Below, in pieces: positions 24,301-38,900 of a DNA stretch of 64,000 bases (position 1 is the first letter of the stretch; every line of letters starts with the position of its first letter). The translations under genes were made by a program, and so were the position numbers. The stretch is taken from contig JAQGDQ010000312.1 of the NCBI GenBank assembly GCA_030141605.1, forward strand, positions 83,445 to 147,444, given 5' to 3'. The stretch is from Tubiluchus corallicola (lineage: Eukaryota > Animalia > Priapulida). The notes beneath the pieces are model-generated. The model was not told the DNA's origin. It ran no database searches and saw only the letters and a list, made by a program, of their open reading frames with translations.

Positions 24301-27300
24301 AACATGACTGGACTGGACTGGACAGGAATGCAATGCACCGGATATGACTGGACTGAACCGGACGTGATTGGACTGGGTAGGAATGCACTACCAGACATGA
24401 CTGGACTGGACCAGATGTGACTGAACTGGACAGGAATGCACTGTACCGGATGTAACTGCACTGAACCGGTGTGACTGGACTGAACTGGACATGATTGGAC
24501 TGGACAGGAATGTACTGTACTAGACACGACCGGACTAGACTGGGTAGGAATGCGCTACCAGACATGACTGGACTAGACCGGATGTGACCGGACTGGACTG
24601 GACAGGAATGCACTGTACCGGATGTAACTGCACTGAACCGGTGTGACTGGATTGAACTGGACATGATTGGACTGGACAGGAATGCACTATACCGTACATG
24701 ACTGGACTGGACCGGACGTCATTGGACTGGACAGGATTGTACAGTACTAGACATGACTGGACTGGAATGGGCAGGAATGCACTATACCGGACATGACTGG
24801 ACTGGAATGGGCAGGAATGCACTATACCAGACATGACTGGACTGGACTGGACGTCATTGGACTGGACAGGATTGTACAGTACTAGACATGACTGGACTGG
24901 AATGGACAGGAATGCACTATACCGGACATGACTGGACTGGACTGGATGTCATTGGACTGGACAGGAATGTACAGTACTAGACAAGACTGGACTGGAATGG
25001 ACAGGAATGCACTATATCGGACATGACTGGACTTGAATGGACTGGACCAAACCGAACAAATTATGTTTAGACTTAAAGTTTACACTCACTCTAATGAATT
25101 TTACTGCAATACTTTCTTGCAAAAATATAACACACTATGTGTACTTAACCTAGCTGTCTTTCTGGCTACACCGTCACGACTTTGTTATAGCCCAGAGTTT
25201 TCATTCAAGTCATGGTTAGTGTTAACATTAAAGTCTGCCGCTTGGCAAACAAATTTGCTGCTAGATTAACATTGCATTGATTTTTTCACTTAGATATGCC
25301 TGGTTTTAAATTGCTTGATTTGTACATTAATGCTGCTTAGAAAACTACAGATTGGAAAAGGAGTATGAGAATCACCTTGTTATTAAACTGTTTGTGGTGG
25401 GTAACAAAATCCGCTTATTCTAACTTTTTCGAAAATACCCAAATTTCTAACTGCCTCTCATAGTTTTGTGGAAATAAGGAATGTGTAGCGGTGCATTCAG
25501 ACTAGTAAGTTTTCTTGTCAAGTAACTCGCAAGCGTGTTCACACTAGAGAGCAAAACTTGCTACGAGTTACTCTCCGACAGTAAGCGCGAGCTGACACTT
25601 ACTTCTCTACTCACTGTGAGAAGTGTTGAGAGTAACTCACCAAGTAACTTGTGTGTTCACACTAGAGAGCAAAACTTGCTACGAGTTACTCTCCGACAGT
25701 AAGCGCGAGCTGACACTCACTTCTCTATTCGCTGCAAGAAGTGTTGAGAGTAACTCACCAAGTAACTTGCGTGTTCACACTAGAGAGCAAAACTTGCTAC
25801 GAGTTACTCTCCGACAGTAAGCGCGAGCTGACACTCACTTCTCTACTCACTGTGAGAAGTGTTGAGAGTAACTCACCAAGTAACTTGTGTGTTCACACTA
25901 GAGAGCAAAACTTGCTACGAGTTACTCTCCGACAGTAAGCGCGAGCTGACGCTCACTTCTCTATTCGCTGCAAGAAGTGTTGAGAGTAACTCACCAAGTA
26001 ACTTGCGTGTTCACACTAGAGAGCAAAACTTGCTACGAGTTACTCTCCGACAGTAAGCGCGAGCTGACACTCACTTCTCTATTCACTGCCGCACGTGTCT
26101 TTGCACTTGACAGAAACTCAACTCAGTTCACACAATGATAGTAAGTATCAAAGAGTTTGCAATAACTTGCTGACAGTAACTTGCAAAGCAGTTCACACTT
26201 GCGCGTTTGCTGTCAAAGAGAAAACTCGTGGCAGGAAACTCGCTAGTCTGAACCCGCCGTAAGGAGAAAATATCATAGTTGGCAATTTACAGTCTCATAA
26301 AGAGTCTATGCATTTATTCGAATGCATTTTCTGTTTACTTGGTTATTTTGTATCATGTTTTTGGTTTCTGCATTTTTCTATTGTTCTTGCCATTGTATAA
26401 TTGCTTAGCAAGGCAATTAAGGGCAAAAAAGATTTATTTTTATGAATCTTTGAAAAAGTATCAGTATTTTCGTATTATTCTTGATCTCTTGAAGACCTAC
26501 CCCAGAGAACATTGACATTATGGGCCAATTTTGCCTTTCTTACGGCTGGCAATGCTGGCATAAAGACAAACCTTAATTGGGCCAGTGATGGCATGCATAC
26601 TGCTTCCTAGCCATGATATAGTTAACATTGCTGGCCCAATACTGGTGCGTTTGCGGCGTGGCTTTTATGGGACTGGGTGTCTTAGATTCTGGGTGAGTAC
26701 AGACAAACCTTAACAGCGCCTGAAGTGATGGCATGCCAGAATTGGGGCAGTAACATGACAGTGTGCAAACTGTTCTGGCGGCATAATATAGACGAGTTAC
26801 TGACATGATTTCTGGTTTTGGCTTGCCTATACTGGGCCAGTTTGTGCCATAATGCCAGCAATGGCCCATAGTGGCAATGTTTACTGGGACCAGACTGCAG
26901 ATATGAACACTAGTTTAAATATTTTCTTTTTTTCTAGTTTCAATTCATCAACTGCTTTCTCTCGTTGTTTTACATCGGGTTTTACTTGTACGACATGGAC
27001 AGATTACGCGAGGTACGTATGTCGTTTATATATCATATTTAGATATAGATTTAGGTGAGGTGATGCCAAATATGTGCTGTTAGTTTAGTTTGAAGTGGGC
27101 TTGTTAATGTTAACGGAAAATAGTACACAACTGTACACCATAACCCAAAGTAATAAAATGGGGGAAATATTGTTTTTTTAAGAATGACTTGCGTTGGTAC
27201 TGAAAAAGTCTAATTTCATTAGTTTTTTTTTGGTGTTGCTTACCCATGGCCAAATCTACTTTGATGGGTGGCAGTGCCTGTATCAAAATACATTGTGCCT

Positions 27301-30300
27301 GTCTGTCTGATTAGCAGTACTCGTCTATACATTGTGTCTGTCTATCTGATTAGCAGTACTCGTCTATACATTGTGTCTGTCTATCTGATTAGCAGTACTC
27401 GTCTTATTTGAATTTTACATCGCTGCTAAAAAATTGCCGAATTGCTGCGTTTCACTTTCACTGTTACATAGCATGGCATGTTTTTATTTTTACCGTGGCA
27501 AACTCGTGCTAAACAGCTGTGGAAGGTTTCTGCTATTGAAACGTTTTTCCCAGTAGTAGTGACATCATCATTAACTGCGCTTGATGACTATTAATTATGC
27601 TAATACCTTAAACGTTACATTAAACATTTTGGTAATAAAATGGCAATACGGGTAATTAATACAGATATTAATAGTGATGATGATGATTTTGGTGGTGTGG
27701 TGGAGGTGGTGATGATGATGATGATGATGATATTGGTGGTGTGGTGGTGGTGGTGGTGATGATGATGATGATGATATTGGTGGTGTGGTGGTGGTGATGA
27801 TGGTGATGGTGATGATGACGATTATGATGATGTTGATGATGATGATGATGTTGAAGATAATGATGATGATGATGTTGAAGATGATGATGATGATGATGAT
27901 GATAAAGGTTTAATAATGTATATGATTTAGTATAGCTAAACAATAGATCAAAATGAGTTATAGTCTGGTAAATCATCCAGGTTTATTTCAAGGAAACAAC
28001 AATGTATATATTTGTACTTTAGCAATTAGCTGCATTACTCATAACGAGGCAAGTGATAGGGAACATACGGGAAGCACTCGTACCGTACGTTGTGGAAAAG
28101 TACAAACAAGCGCGCAGCTCCTACAAACTGAGTCGGGATTTCGTTAGTGATGAAAGCTGCATCTCCAGGACCGAGGAGTAAGGATTTTTTACAATTTTTT
28201 CTTTCCCATAAAAACAGAGTTTAGTCAAAGGTAAGCAGTTTTTCTGCAAGCCAAGAGCACCACTTTAATGTAGGTGGGTGTAGTAGGACTGGAATGTAAG
28301 CAGTTTTGAAATAAACACAAATTTTTAAGTGGAAGAACAATATAAATGGAATGTAATGTAAGCAGTTTTGAAATAAACACAAATTTTTAAGTGGAATATA
28401 ATGTAATGTGGAAGAACAATATAAATGGACTGGAATGTAAGCAGTTTTGAAATAAACACAAATTTTTAAGTGGAAGAAGACGATTTCCTTGGATCAGCTA
28501 CTGACGTGCAAAACCATTTGGCAAATACTTTTCTCAAATCAGCTAAAAATTAATGATATCAAAGAATATTAATATATAGATTAATAAGCCTTCTCCCACT
28601 TTCGTTGTGTGCATGCGCAGTTGCTATATGTCAGAGGTTAAGTGTACCACAGCAGCGTGTCATAACTACAGCCATTACGTGATGTGCGGATAAAGTGAAG
28701 CCGTCTGTTGCATTAGTTCAGTAACTTTGGTTGTTTTACGTGGACTTAGTCTGTGCGTAGAGTGATTTACTGGCAGGATGTTGCATGGGAACAGGAAAAT
28801 AATGGACTATCTTTCCTGCCCAGTTCACTCCAGGTTCAACATCATCCGTTTTAATGAGGTCTACTGTACCTGGTTCAGAAATAATCGTACGCCGTTCATT
28901 CTCTTTTTAAGGCGGATGAACGCTTTAACGGACAAGCCGAAAACGCCGACGGAAGAAGTTTTCGTGCAGCAGAGTTTGCAGAATGTAAACTTCGGCCGAG
29001 CCAACAGGACTCAACTTACTCAAGCCGAAGTCGAGTCGTCAATGCCTCAGGTACTCATCTGTTTTTTTGCAGGTTGCTCAAGCGAAGGGCTGCAGTAGAA
29101 AGATGCAAATCCAAGTCTAGAATTCTAGAATTCATACCAAATTTGCTAGTGACAGGAGATACCTTTTGATGTCGTCCTTGAATCACGTAATGTTTTAGTT
29201 TTGAGGGAAACAATTTTCAGTTCTAGAATTCCACAGGTAAGAAGCCAGAGGGAAAAATTAGGTTTAAAAGTAGCCGCTCTTTATATGAGTATGTCCAAAA
29301 TACAATTGCAGCAGAAAGGTGGGTATGACGAACAAACTGTCGGTATTTTAGGACGGCTTGCAAGAGCAATTTCATGCATTCTGTAGAGGTAGTGCAGTCG
29401 ACGAAGCCTGCTTGCTGAAAATATCAAATAAGAATCATATTTTTTTTTTGCAAAAGTCGGGCAATTATGTATGTTTCAGTACGACGGTACTTTGGAAGAT
29501 TACCTAGAGATGGTCATGCAGTTTGGATACGTAGTTCTCTTCTCCTCCGCATTTCCGATGGCAGCACTGTGTGCCCTGCTTAACAACATCATCGAGATTC
29601 GTAGCGACGCGTTCAAGCTGTGTATGACTTACAAGCGCCCGTTCGGTTCCGATGTTGATAACATGAGGGCGTGGTTGGTATGTCCCTGGAGTTTACTACA
29701 TTTTACTTTCATTTTTTGTATAATAATTTAAGTTTATTTAACTCTCACTACATAGTTGCTTTTAAACTCGGCCACATTGAATTTTGCACATTCGACAATA
29801 ACTTCTTGTGGTGTGTTACTTAAACAGAATCTTGTAAATAAACATACAGTTGTTCGTTATTGAGTGCTAATATTAAAATATATTAGTTTTGTTTCTACAT
29901 GTGCGCACACATACATTCACTCATGCACACACACACACACACAGACACACACAATCACGTACACACACACACACGTGCACTCACGCACACACACACACAC
30001 ACACAACACACACATGCACGCTCTCATAAATAAGCATGTACTTATATTTAGAAACCAGTTTTCATAAAAAACACAATACTAATCCATAATATGCAATCAT
30101 TTTATAAGAATGCAAAACAATCAACTAAACATACGTTTCATCAATGGTCTACAGGTGATTTTGCGCGGGAATCTACCATACAGTACAGTATTGTGGAATG
30201 CACCTGGCTTCAGATGCTGATTGGCTGGTTAGCCTTACTTATTGCGAAGCAACCCCAATCCCACTGCTGTTAAACTTTTCTACAATGTATTGCATGGCTG

Positions 30301-32937
30301 TAGCATTGAAATAAACAGACCCGGGTGACAGCGCTTAGTGCTGAGCTTCGGTGGCAGTCTACCAGCTTCTGTCCCTTGCATGAAAAACATAGGCAGTAGA
30401 GTGCCGCCGTCTGTAGTGAAAGGGTTAATACAGTGTATGCAAAAATATCTTACATGGCTGAGGAATGGACTTTTGTTTCATTTACTAAAATAATTTCTCA
30501 CTAGCCAAGTCCGGCAGAACATTTTACTCATCGATACACTTATAATCATTAAAGCACAAACATCCTACATAGTATGTGTTTATAATCCTTTTCCTTAAAA
30601 ATTTACCACTAACATTAAAGGAAAACCTAACCCAATCTCAAACTTTAGATCAAACCAATCTACTCTTTGAAATGTTAAAAAGAAACATACTATTTTTTTC
30701 AAAAATGACACGTGAAAGAATTGTTCCCACAGAAACACAAATTTTGCGTTTATGCTGCTAATTCTTTGCTGTTTCATGCATTTCATCAGTCATTAATTAG
30801 ACTGGCACTAGCGTCTGCATTTCGGAAAGCGTTGCATAAAAACAGGTGCTGTGCCTCTCAGTTCAGATGTGTTAGTTTGTGACAAACTCATTCGTGAGCC
30901 TTCAAATAACTGCGTGCAGCAGCCATCGTGCGCACCGCTGCAGTGTAAGGGTATGTAGCCGTCTCCACGACAGGTGTCAGTGTTTGTCGTGGTCCTGGCA
31001 TTTCTCGTCTGCTCACAGGATTATTCATTTTTTCACCCAGGCAGCACGTCAGTGCAAACATCTCACAGTTGTTGGTTAGAAGATTGTATTCGCCAAATTC
31101 TTCTGTATAATCTTGCTTTTCGTAAAACTCTTTAGCTCTTTTGACAATGTCTCTTGGGTCATCTCTTTTGTGTACGCAACAGGTGCCTGAAAGTTTTGCT
31201 CCCACCTCAAGAATTGAGCAGTCGTATTCGTACTTTTTCAATGTTCCACCCTGTAGGAATTCGTCCAAAGAATCGCGATAGACGCGTGCTTCTCTTTTGC
31301 TTTCTTTGCAGGGTCCAGTAAAGTGAATAACTTCATCGTTACCGATGTATATTCCATGGTGAGCATAGTTTACACTCCTCCATACGTATATGTGATCACC
31401 AGGCTTTAGGTCATTCCTGGAAATTAAATGACTTAGTTGTTTTCAATGCGGATGTATGACCGAGTGTCAAAGGGGAAGAAAAGGGAATTCTAAAATACAT
31501 GTATATTCCAAGAAAATTTTCCTTACAAAATTATATTAAAACGTTGTTCTTACTTGTTTGAAAGACTTATGTAACTAGAAAGGTAGTAACTAGTTATGTA
31601 ACTACTTCGTGCCACCTGGTAGAATGGTACTGTATCACAATCCCAGTATGCACCATTGACTCACCAAAAACCCATTATTGATTTTAGTGACAAGTAAAGT
31701 ACGTTATACTTTTGCTTAGTCAGTGAACAGTGGACTACGAATGCTCTGATTATTATTCCAAATTTTATCTAAACTCGTTTCAAACGACTTATTGTCAAAA
31801 TGGCTGTCCCAAAAAGTCATCGCGGAAGTTTAAATTTACAAGTTTTATAAGCTCTGTGCGTAGTAAGACAGCATGTAAGTGCCATGAAATTCTAAAACGA
31901 ATTTTTAAGCTTTGTTTATGAAAAGTGTTTTCTTTTGCTTTAAAACTCCCTGGTATGATCTTTATATCTGGAAAGTCACAGCCCGAAAAAAGACTCGGTT
32001 TTTGTTGATCGTCTTCGGACTCTTTTCTAAATATGAATTGTTTTGGGGCGTTTTTCATTTGGAATTTCATTTTGTAAGCAGGTGGTATTTTAGATGATAA
32101 ATTTGTAGGTAATAGCACTGAACGATAAAAAACCACAGAATACATAGAAATGGGGGTGGAATTAAGTAAACAAAGCAAATGAATGAATGAAATTTAAGAA
32201 AGAAAGAAGGAAAGAAAGAAATGAAGGAAGAGGGAAAGAAAGAAAGAAAGGCTGAGCGAATGAATGAATGAATGATTACAACAATACCCCAACTCATCAA
32301 TCATTATAAACTGTTACAGTGAAATAAAGAGCCACTGATCCGCACCATTGTTAGGCCTAAAAACGGCATTGTAACTTTTAGATTTAAAAAACTACTTATA
32401 CTTACCTGTCTACTGTGTGGAACAAAGGCATGATAAGTGACCTTAACTGTGTTATACAGCTGAACTTTAATTTCACAATTTCAACACGTTATCAGGATGA
32501 AACTTTATGAACTTTTGAAAGTTGAACTTCACTGAATGCTGCCTTACCACGCCACTGATTGCATCACTTTTAGTCATGTGACTTGCATAAATTACCGTGT
32601 TTAAAATGTATGCTACAATGTACTTTCGGTTTTCCCCGTTGGCCTGTGTATTTTTAGCATTCAGCAAGCATTGGTATTTGGTAACAGACACAAGATTTGA
32701 TAAATGAACGCGGCTTCCAGGAAATGCACTTTTTCTTGAGAACCGTCTGTTTTGTGTATTTAGTGTCTGGGAGTGTTTAAACGGCTGACAGAGTTATCTA
32801 GATTACGCTGAATATGTGGAATGATAGTCCTATATCTTCATTACGGCAACCTTTAGCACATTTGCAGTGTTACAAAGTTACAGTGTTTCCAGCAATGTTG
32901 CAGTGCTTGATAATATCTTGCTCCAATGTTCGACTTA

Positions 32938-33005
<68 letters not shown>

Positions 33006-35658
33006 GAACAATGATATTTGATAAATAAGATTTTTCATAGTTCCAGCGATTGATGATGATCGTGAAAAGGTCAAATGTTGAGACAACGCCTCACAGCTCA
33101 TTCTGTTGTAATAGTAGCAGCTTTAACAACTAGCTAGAACCTTACCTAGTTCATTTTTTCTTGTTCCCAAGCAAGATTCTGCTAATAAATCACTCTACGC
33201 GCAGATGAATGCATAGCTAAGTAAAGTCCACGCAAAACAACTAAAGTTACTGAACTTATGTGGCAGAAAGCTTTGTTTTATACAGGTCACGTGATGGTTG
33301 TAGTTAAGGTACGTTGCTGTCTTTCATTTAACCTTTTCATATATCATAATATTCATATATCTTTTATTATTATATTCAGTAACATAACTTGGCAGAGTAC
33401 AGACAAATCACAGCTTGATTACAATATGCCTTTAACTAGCTCCATCAATGTAATCACCCAATGTAGTTTTTTTAGGTGTATAGATTATGCGCAGCTAGAA
33501 TCTAACACAGCAAAGTTATTTTCTACAAAGCACATTTTTAAATAAAAATGACAATGGAAAACAAAGTTACTACAGTAATGATTACTACACCAATATGGTA
33601 TGGAAGCCCAGAATCCAGAACATTTGATACACCGATGTCCCCCAGTCGACGCAGGCGAAATGTACTACTAAATGGACTTGGAGATGAGAACTTAAATCTT
33701 GTGTATTGGACTAAAAATGTAAATTTAATATCGACACTAACCTACTTTGAAAAGGAGTCTTTTATTTTAAGATGCTGCTGGTAAATTTTAGTAAAATAGG
33801 GATTAAATTTGTATAGTTTTTGAGATTACTGATTGTAACTCTTGTGGATTTAAATATTGAATTGGGATTTTAATAATTTAGTATATTAATTTAACTACAT
33901 TTTTATATTACTAGCGAGGAAACTTGCAGCATTAATAACCTTGACTTTAGCACTTACTTTAATACTCCTGGTTAAACATCACTGTAATGATGTTATTAAT
34001 TAAATAAATTCATTAATTTAATTTAATTAAGCAGAAATTAAAAAAGCTGATTACAGAATGAGCAACATGTAATATTGTAGAATTCACTCTAGTGTCTACG
34101 CATAATTGCTTTATGTATGTATCATAGTCATCATCATCATCATCATAATAATCATAATGATGTTATTAATTAAACAAATTCGTTAATTTAATTTAATTAA
34201 GCAGAAATTAAAAAAGCTGATTACAGAATGAGCAACATGTAATATTGTAGAATTCACTCTAGTGTCTATGCAAAATTGCTTTGTGTATGTACAGAAAATT
34301 TTGCCTGTAAAAAGAGGCTAATAAAGACTTATCATAGTTATCATCATCATCATCATAATGATGTTATTAATTAAACCTCTTACAGTAGCACTGTACTTCA
34401 ATTTTCTTTTTCGCAAACACGTGCAACACGCTCGTGGAATGTTTATGCTGTTGAAAATTATGTTAGTTTGTGATGTCATCAATAGTTGGGCTCGCCCGCA
34501 GTTAATCAAGTTTTCAATCTATTATTTTGGTATCAGAAATGTTTTTGCGGTATTAATTGCGTTAAAATGAATACTTTTTACCGGACTTGAAAATGGGGTA
34601 GTATATGAACAAGTAGCCTCGGATCTTATATATATATATATATTGTAGCGAAGAGCGGATGGTGCTGATACACCGATTGTTGCATAGTTGAGAAGAACAT
34701 GTAAAACAACAGTAGTAAGAGTAAAATTACTGAATTAAGTAACATGCCAGACGTCTACCCCATCGTGCTCCATGCCAGTTGTCATTGTGGAACAGGTGCT
34801 GAGATGGAAGACGCACCTGCCCGTCAGCCCACTGAACCGACGAGGCCGTTCCATGCCGGCTACTTATAGCTGTTATGCGACGCTGATATGCAATGGCTTC
34901 GTAATGGACGAAACCATCACAATCTGGAGGGGGAGGGTCGAAAATCAAGGGCATTTCGCCTTCGTAACACTATATATATATATATATATTGGGCTTATAT
35001 TAAACAGCAAAGATAAGTATGTGCATTCTTCACTGCAGAAATACACTTGACCTTGTACAACACCAATAGTCCATTGTGATGTGTGGAATTCAGTAACAAA
35101 ATGGCAGCTCCCTAGAATTGACAGTTCTGTTACTTTTAACACAAAGGTTTGTTTGTGTGTGGGGTGTTACGTAGTTTTATACCAATCAAGATATGTATGT
35201 AGCCTGTGAGGTAAATTGTTAAATTATCTATATAATATTATGTCATATATCTTTTGACTATTAACTACTGAATTGTATTTCGATGTTGTTTTAAATTCTA
35301 AGTATAAGGAAAGATCTAAAAATAAGACTTATTATATTGAATATTAGTGATTATATCAAGTGAAAATAGGGGGTGCTGCAGTTCTACAGTACCTATACAG
35401 CAGAAGCCACTGCTGATAATTGTATTTTGGTTATTGGGTTGGGAACCCTGGTCACACTATACACAGAACGTCCATAATTTTTTCTGTTCACCTCATTTTA
35501 CACGTTTTATTTCAGGATGTTATGGAACTCATGGGTGTAATAGCAGTAATTGTGAACTGTGCACTGATAGGAATGTCCGGACAGATTCATCGAATGTTTC
35601 CCCAACTTACCACGACCGGGACTATCATACTTGTTATTGTCCTGGAGGTTTGTGTTGT

Positions 35659-35689
<31 letters not shown>

Positions 35690-35727
35690 TTCCCCTCTCT
35701 CTCTGTCTCTCTCTCTCTCTCTTCCTC

Positions 35728-35767
<40 letters not shown>

Positions 35768-35794
35768 CTTTCTCTCTCTCTCTCTCTCTGCCTC

Positions 35795-35829
<35 letters not shown>

Positions 35830-35858
35830 CTCTCCTCTCTCTCTCTCTCTCTCTCTGC

Positions 35859-35957
<99 letters not shown>

Positions 35958-38900
35958 GGACTAAGTTTCATTTCCATGGAATTCGCATTCATATTTCTCT
36001 TTCCAGCACATTATCTTAGCAATAAAAATGGCCGTGTCTCGTGCGATTCCCAAAGTGCCAACGTGGGTGGCAAACGAAATGGCGAAAGTCGAGTTTAAGC
36101 GCCGGCAAATATTACGAGTAAGTCAAAGCATTCATTCACTCTGATATTTTTTATCCAATTTGTAAACTGTTAGAAAAGAAATTATTTATCGTTAAAAAAC
36201 TAGTGTTAGGAAACAAAAATTGTCGACAAAAATGGAATCAGCATCTTTAACCTTTTCTTAACTTGAAGTCAATTTGAAATAATTGCAGAAACTCGCCTGT
36301 GCTATAACGACTATTTAATTGTCATGTAAAGAAGACAGCTGAGTGGTCACGGTGTGTGCTTAGTGACCGAAGTTAGGCAATGTCGTGACCGGTCAGCGAT
36401 GTTTTGGTTGTCATACTGATTCTGGCTATTTATCTCATTGAGAAGGATGTGGTCGCTTTCAAATGTGACTGAGACACTTCTGCTGGTTCAATGTCTCTGC
36501 TTGGCAGGCTGTCATTGATAATGAGTGAGGTCCCTGCTCTGCCACAGTGATTTTTAAATAAGCCCAGTCACTGAAGTGTTGAATTCTGGCTTGCAGAGTG
36601 CCAAGATGCTTAAAAATCAATAAATAAGGCTACTGTTTAATGCATTTCAAATGTATGAATCGTGGTTCTATATGTTGACAATGTCAACATCATGGTACCA
36701 TGCACATAAGCATGGACGCCAGGTCACCACTCTTAGAATACTCATTTTCATATGTCGTTTAGTGGTAGGTTAACATTTTGAAGGTACAGTTCTAGTCTGC
36801 ACTGTGTTTAAGTATTGACCACAGAATGGTTATACACTGTGGTTAATATCGAATAAACTAGTTGAAATAGTTAAAAGACCTTGCCTATCATCTGTCAGAT
36901 AATCTGTCGTCTGCACACCTGTAGTTTCAGCAGGTACTCTGTCAGGTCTAATACACACCTGTAGTTTCACCAGGTACTCTGTCAGATCTAATGCACACCT
37001 GTAGTTTCAGCAGGTACTCTGTCAGGTCTAATGCACACCTGTAGTTTCACCAGGTACTCTGTCAGGTCTAATACACACCTGTAGTTTCTCCGGGTACTCT
37101 GTCAGGTCTAATGCACACCTATAGTTTCAGCAGGTATTCTGTCAGGTCTAATGCACACCTGTATTTTCACCAGGTACTCTGTCAGGTCTAATACACACCT
37201 GTAGTTTCACCAGGTACTCTGTCAGATCTAATGCACACCTGTAGTTTCACCAGGTACTCTGTCAGGTCTAATGCACACCTGTAGTTTCACCAGGTACTCT
37301 GTCAGGTCTAATACACACCTGTAGTTTCAGCAGGTACTCTGTCAGTTCTAATACACACCTGTAGTTTCAGCAGGTACTCTGTCAGGTCTAATACACACCT
37401 GTAGTTTCTCCGGGTACTCTGTCAGGTCTAATGCACACCTGTAGTTTCACCAGGTACTCTGTCAGGTCTAATGCACACCTGTAGTTTCACCAGGTACTCT
37501 GTCAGTTCTAATGCACACCTGTAGTTTCACCAGGTACTCTGTCAGATCTAATGCACACCTGTAGTTTCACCAGGTACTCTGTCAGGTCTAATGCACACCT
37601 GTAGTTTCACCAGGTACTCTGTCAGGTCTAATACACACCTGTAGTTTCACCAGGTACTCTGTCAGGTCTAATGCACACCTGTAGTTTCACCAGGTACTCT
37701 GTCAGGTCTAATACACACCTGTAGTTTCTCCGGGTACTCTGTCAGGTCTAATGCACACCTGTAGTTTCACCAGGTACTCTGTCAGGTCTAATACACACCT
37801 GTAGTTTCTCCGGGTACTCTGTCAGGTCTAATGCACACCTGTATTTTCACCAGGTACTCTGTCAGGTCTAATGCACACCTGTATTTTCACCAGGTACTCT
37901 GTCAGGTCTAATGCACACCTATAGTTTCAGCAGGTATTCTGTCAGGTCTAATGCACACCTGTAGTTTCACCAGGTACTCTGTCAGGTCTAATGCACACCT
38001 GTATTTTCTCCGGGTACTCTGTCAGGTCTAATACACACCTGTAGTTTCACCAGGTACTCTGTCAGTTCTAATGCACACCTATAGTTTCAGCAGGTATTCT
38101 GTCAGTTCTAATGCACACCTGTAGTTTCACCAGGTACTCTGTCAGGTCTAATGCACACCTGTATTTTCTCCGGGTACTCTGTCAGGTCTAATGCACACCT
38201 ATAGTTTCAGCAGGTATTCTGTCAGGTCTAATGCACACCTGTAGTTTCTCCGGGTACTCTGTCAGATCTAATGCACACCTGTAGTTTCAGCAGGTACTCT
38301 GTCAGGTCTAATACACACCTGTATTTTCACCGGGTACTCTGTCAGTTCTAATGCACACCTGTATTTTCACCGGGTACTCTGTCAGATCTAATGTACACCT
38401 GTATTTTCACCAGGTACTCTGTCAGGTCTAATGCACACCTGTATTTTCACCAGGTATTCTGTCAGTTCTAATGCACACCTGTAGTTTCTCCGGGTACTCT
38501 GTCAGATCTAATGTACACCTGTATTTTCACCAGGTACTCTGTCAGGTCTAATACACACCTGTAGTTTCACCAGGTACTCTGTCAGGTCTAATGCACACCT
38601 GTAGTTTCACCAGGTACTCTGTCAGGTCTAATACACACCTGTAGTTTCACCAGGTACTCTGTCAGGTCTAATACACACCTGTAGTTTCACCAGGTACTCT
38701 GTCAGGTCTAATGCACACCTGTAGTTTCTCCGGGTACTCTGTCAGGTCTAATACACACCTGTAGTTTCACCAGGTACTCTGTCAGGTCTAATACACACCT
38801 GTAGTTTCACCAGGTACTCTGTCAGGTCTAATGTACACCTGTAGTTTCTCCGGGTACTCTGTCAGATCTAATGTACACCTGTAGTTTCACCAGGTACTCT

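Noticed and set aside
27668-27976. His-rich ORF (and the RE/SL-repeat ORFs at 35347-36098)
   Set aside because: Translations of (GAT)n and (CT)n microsatellites.
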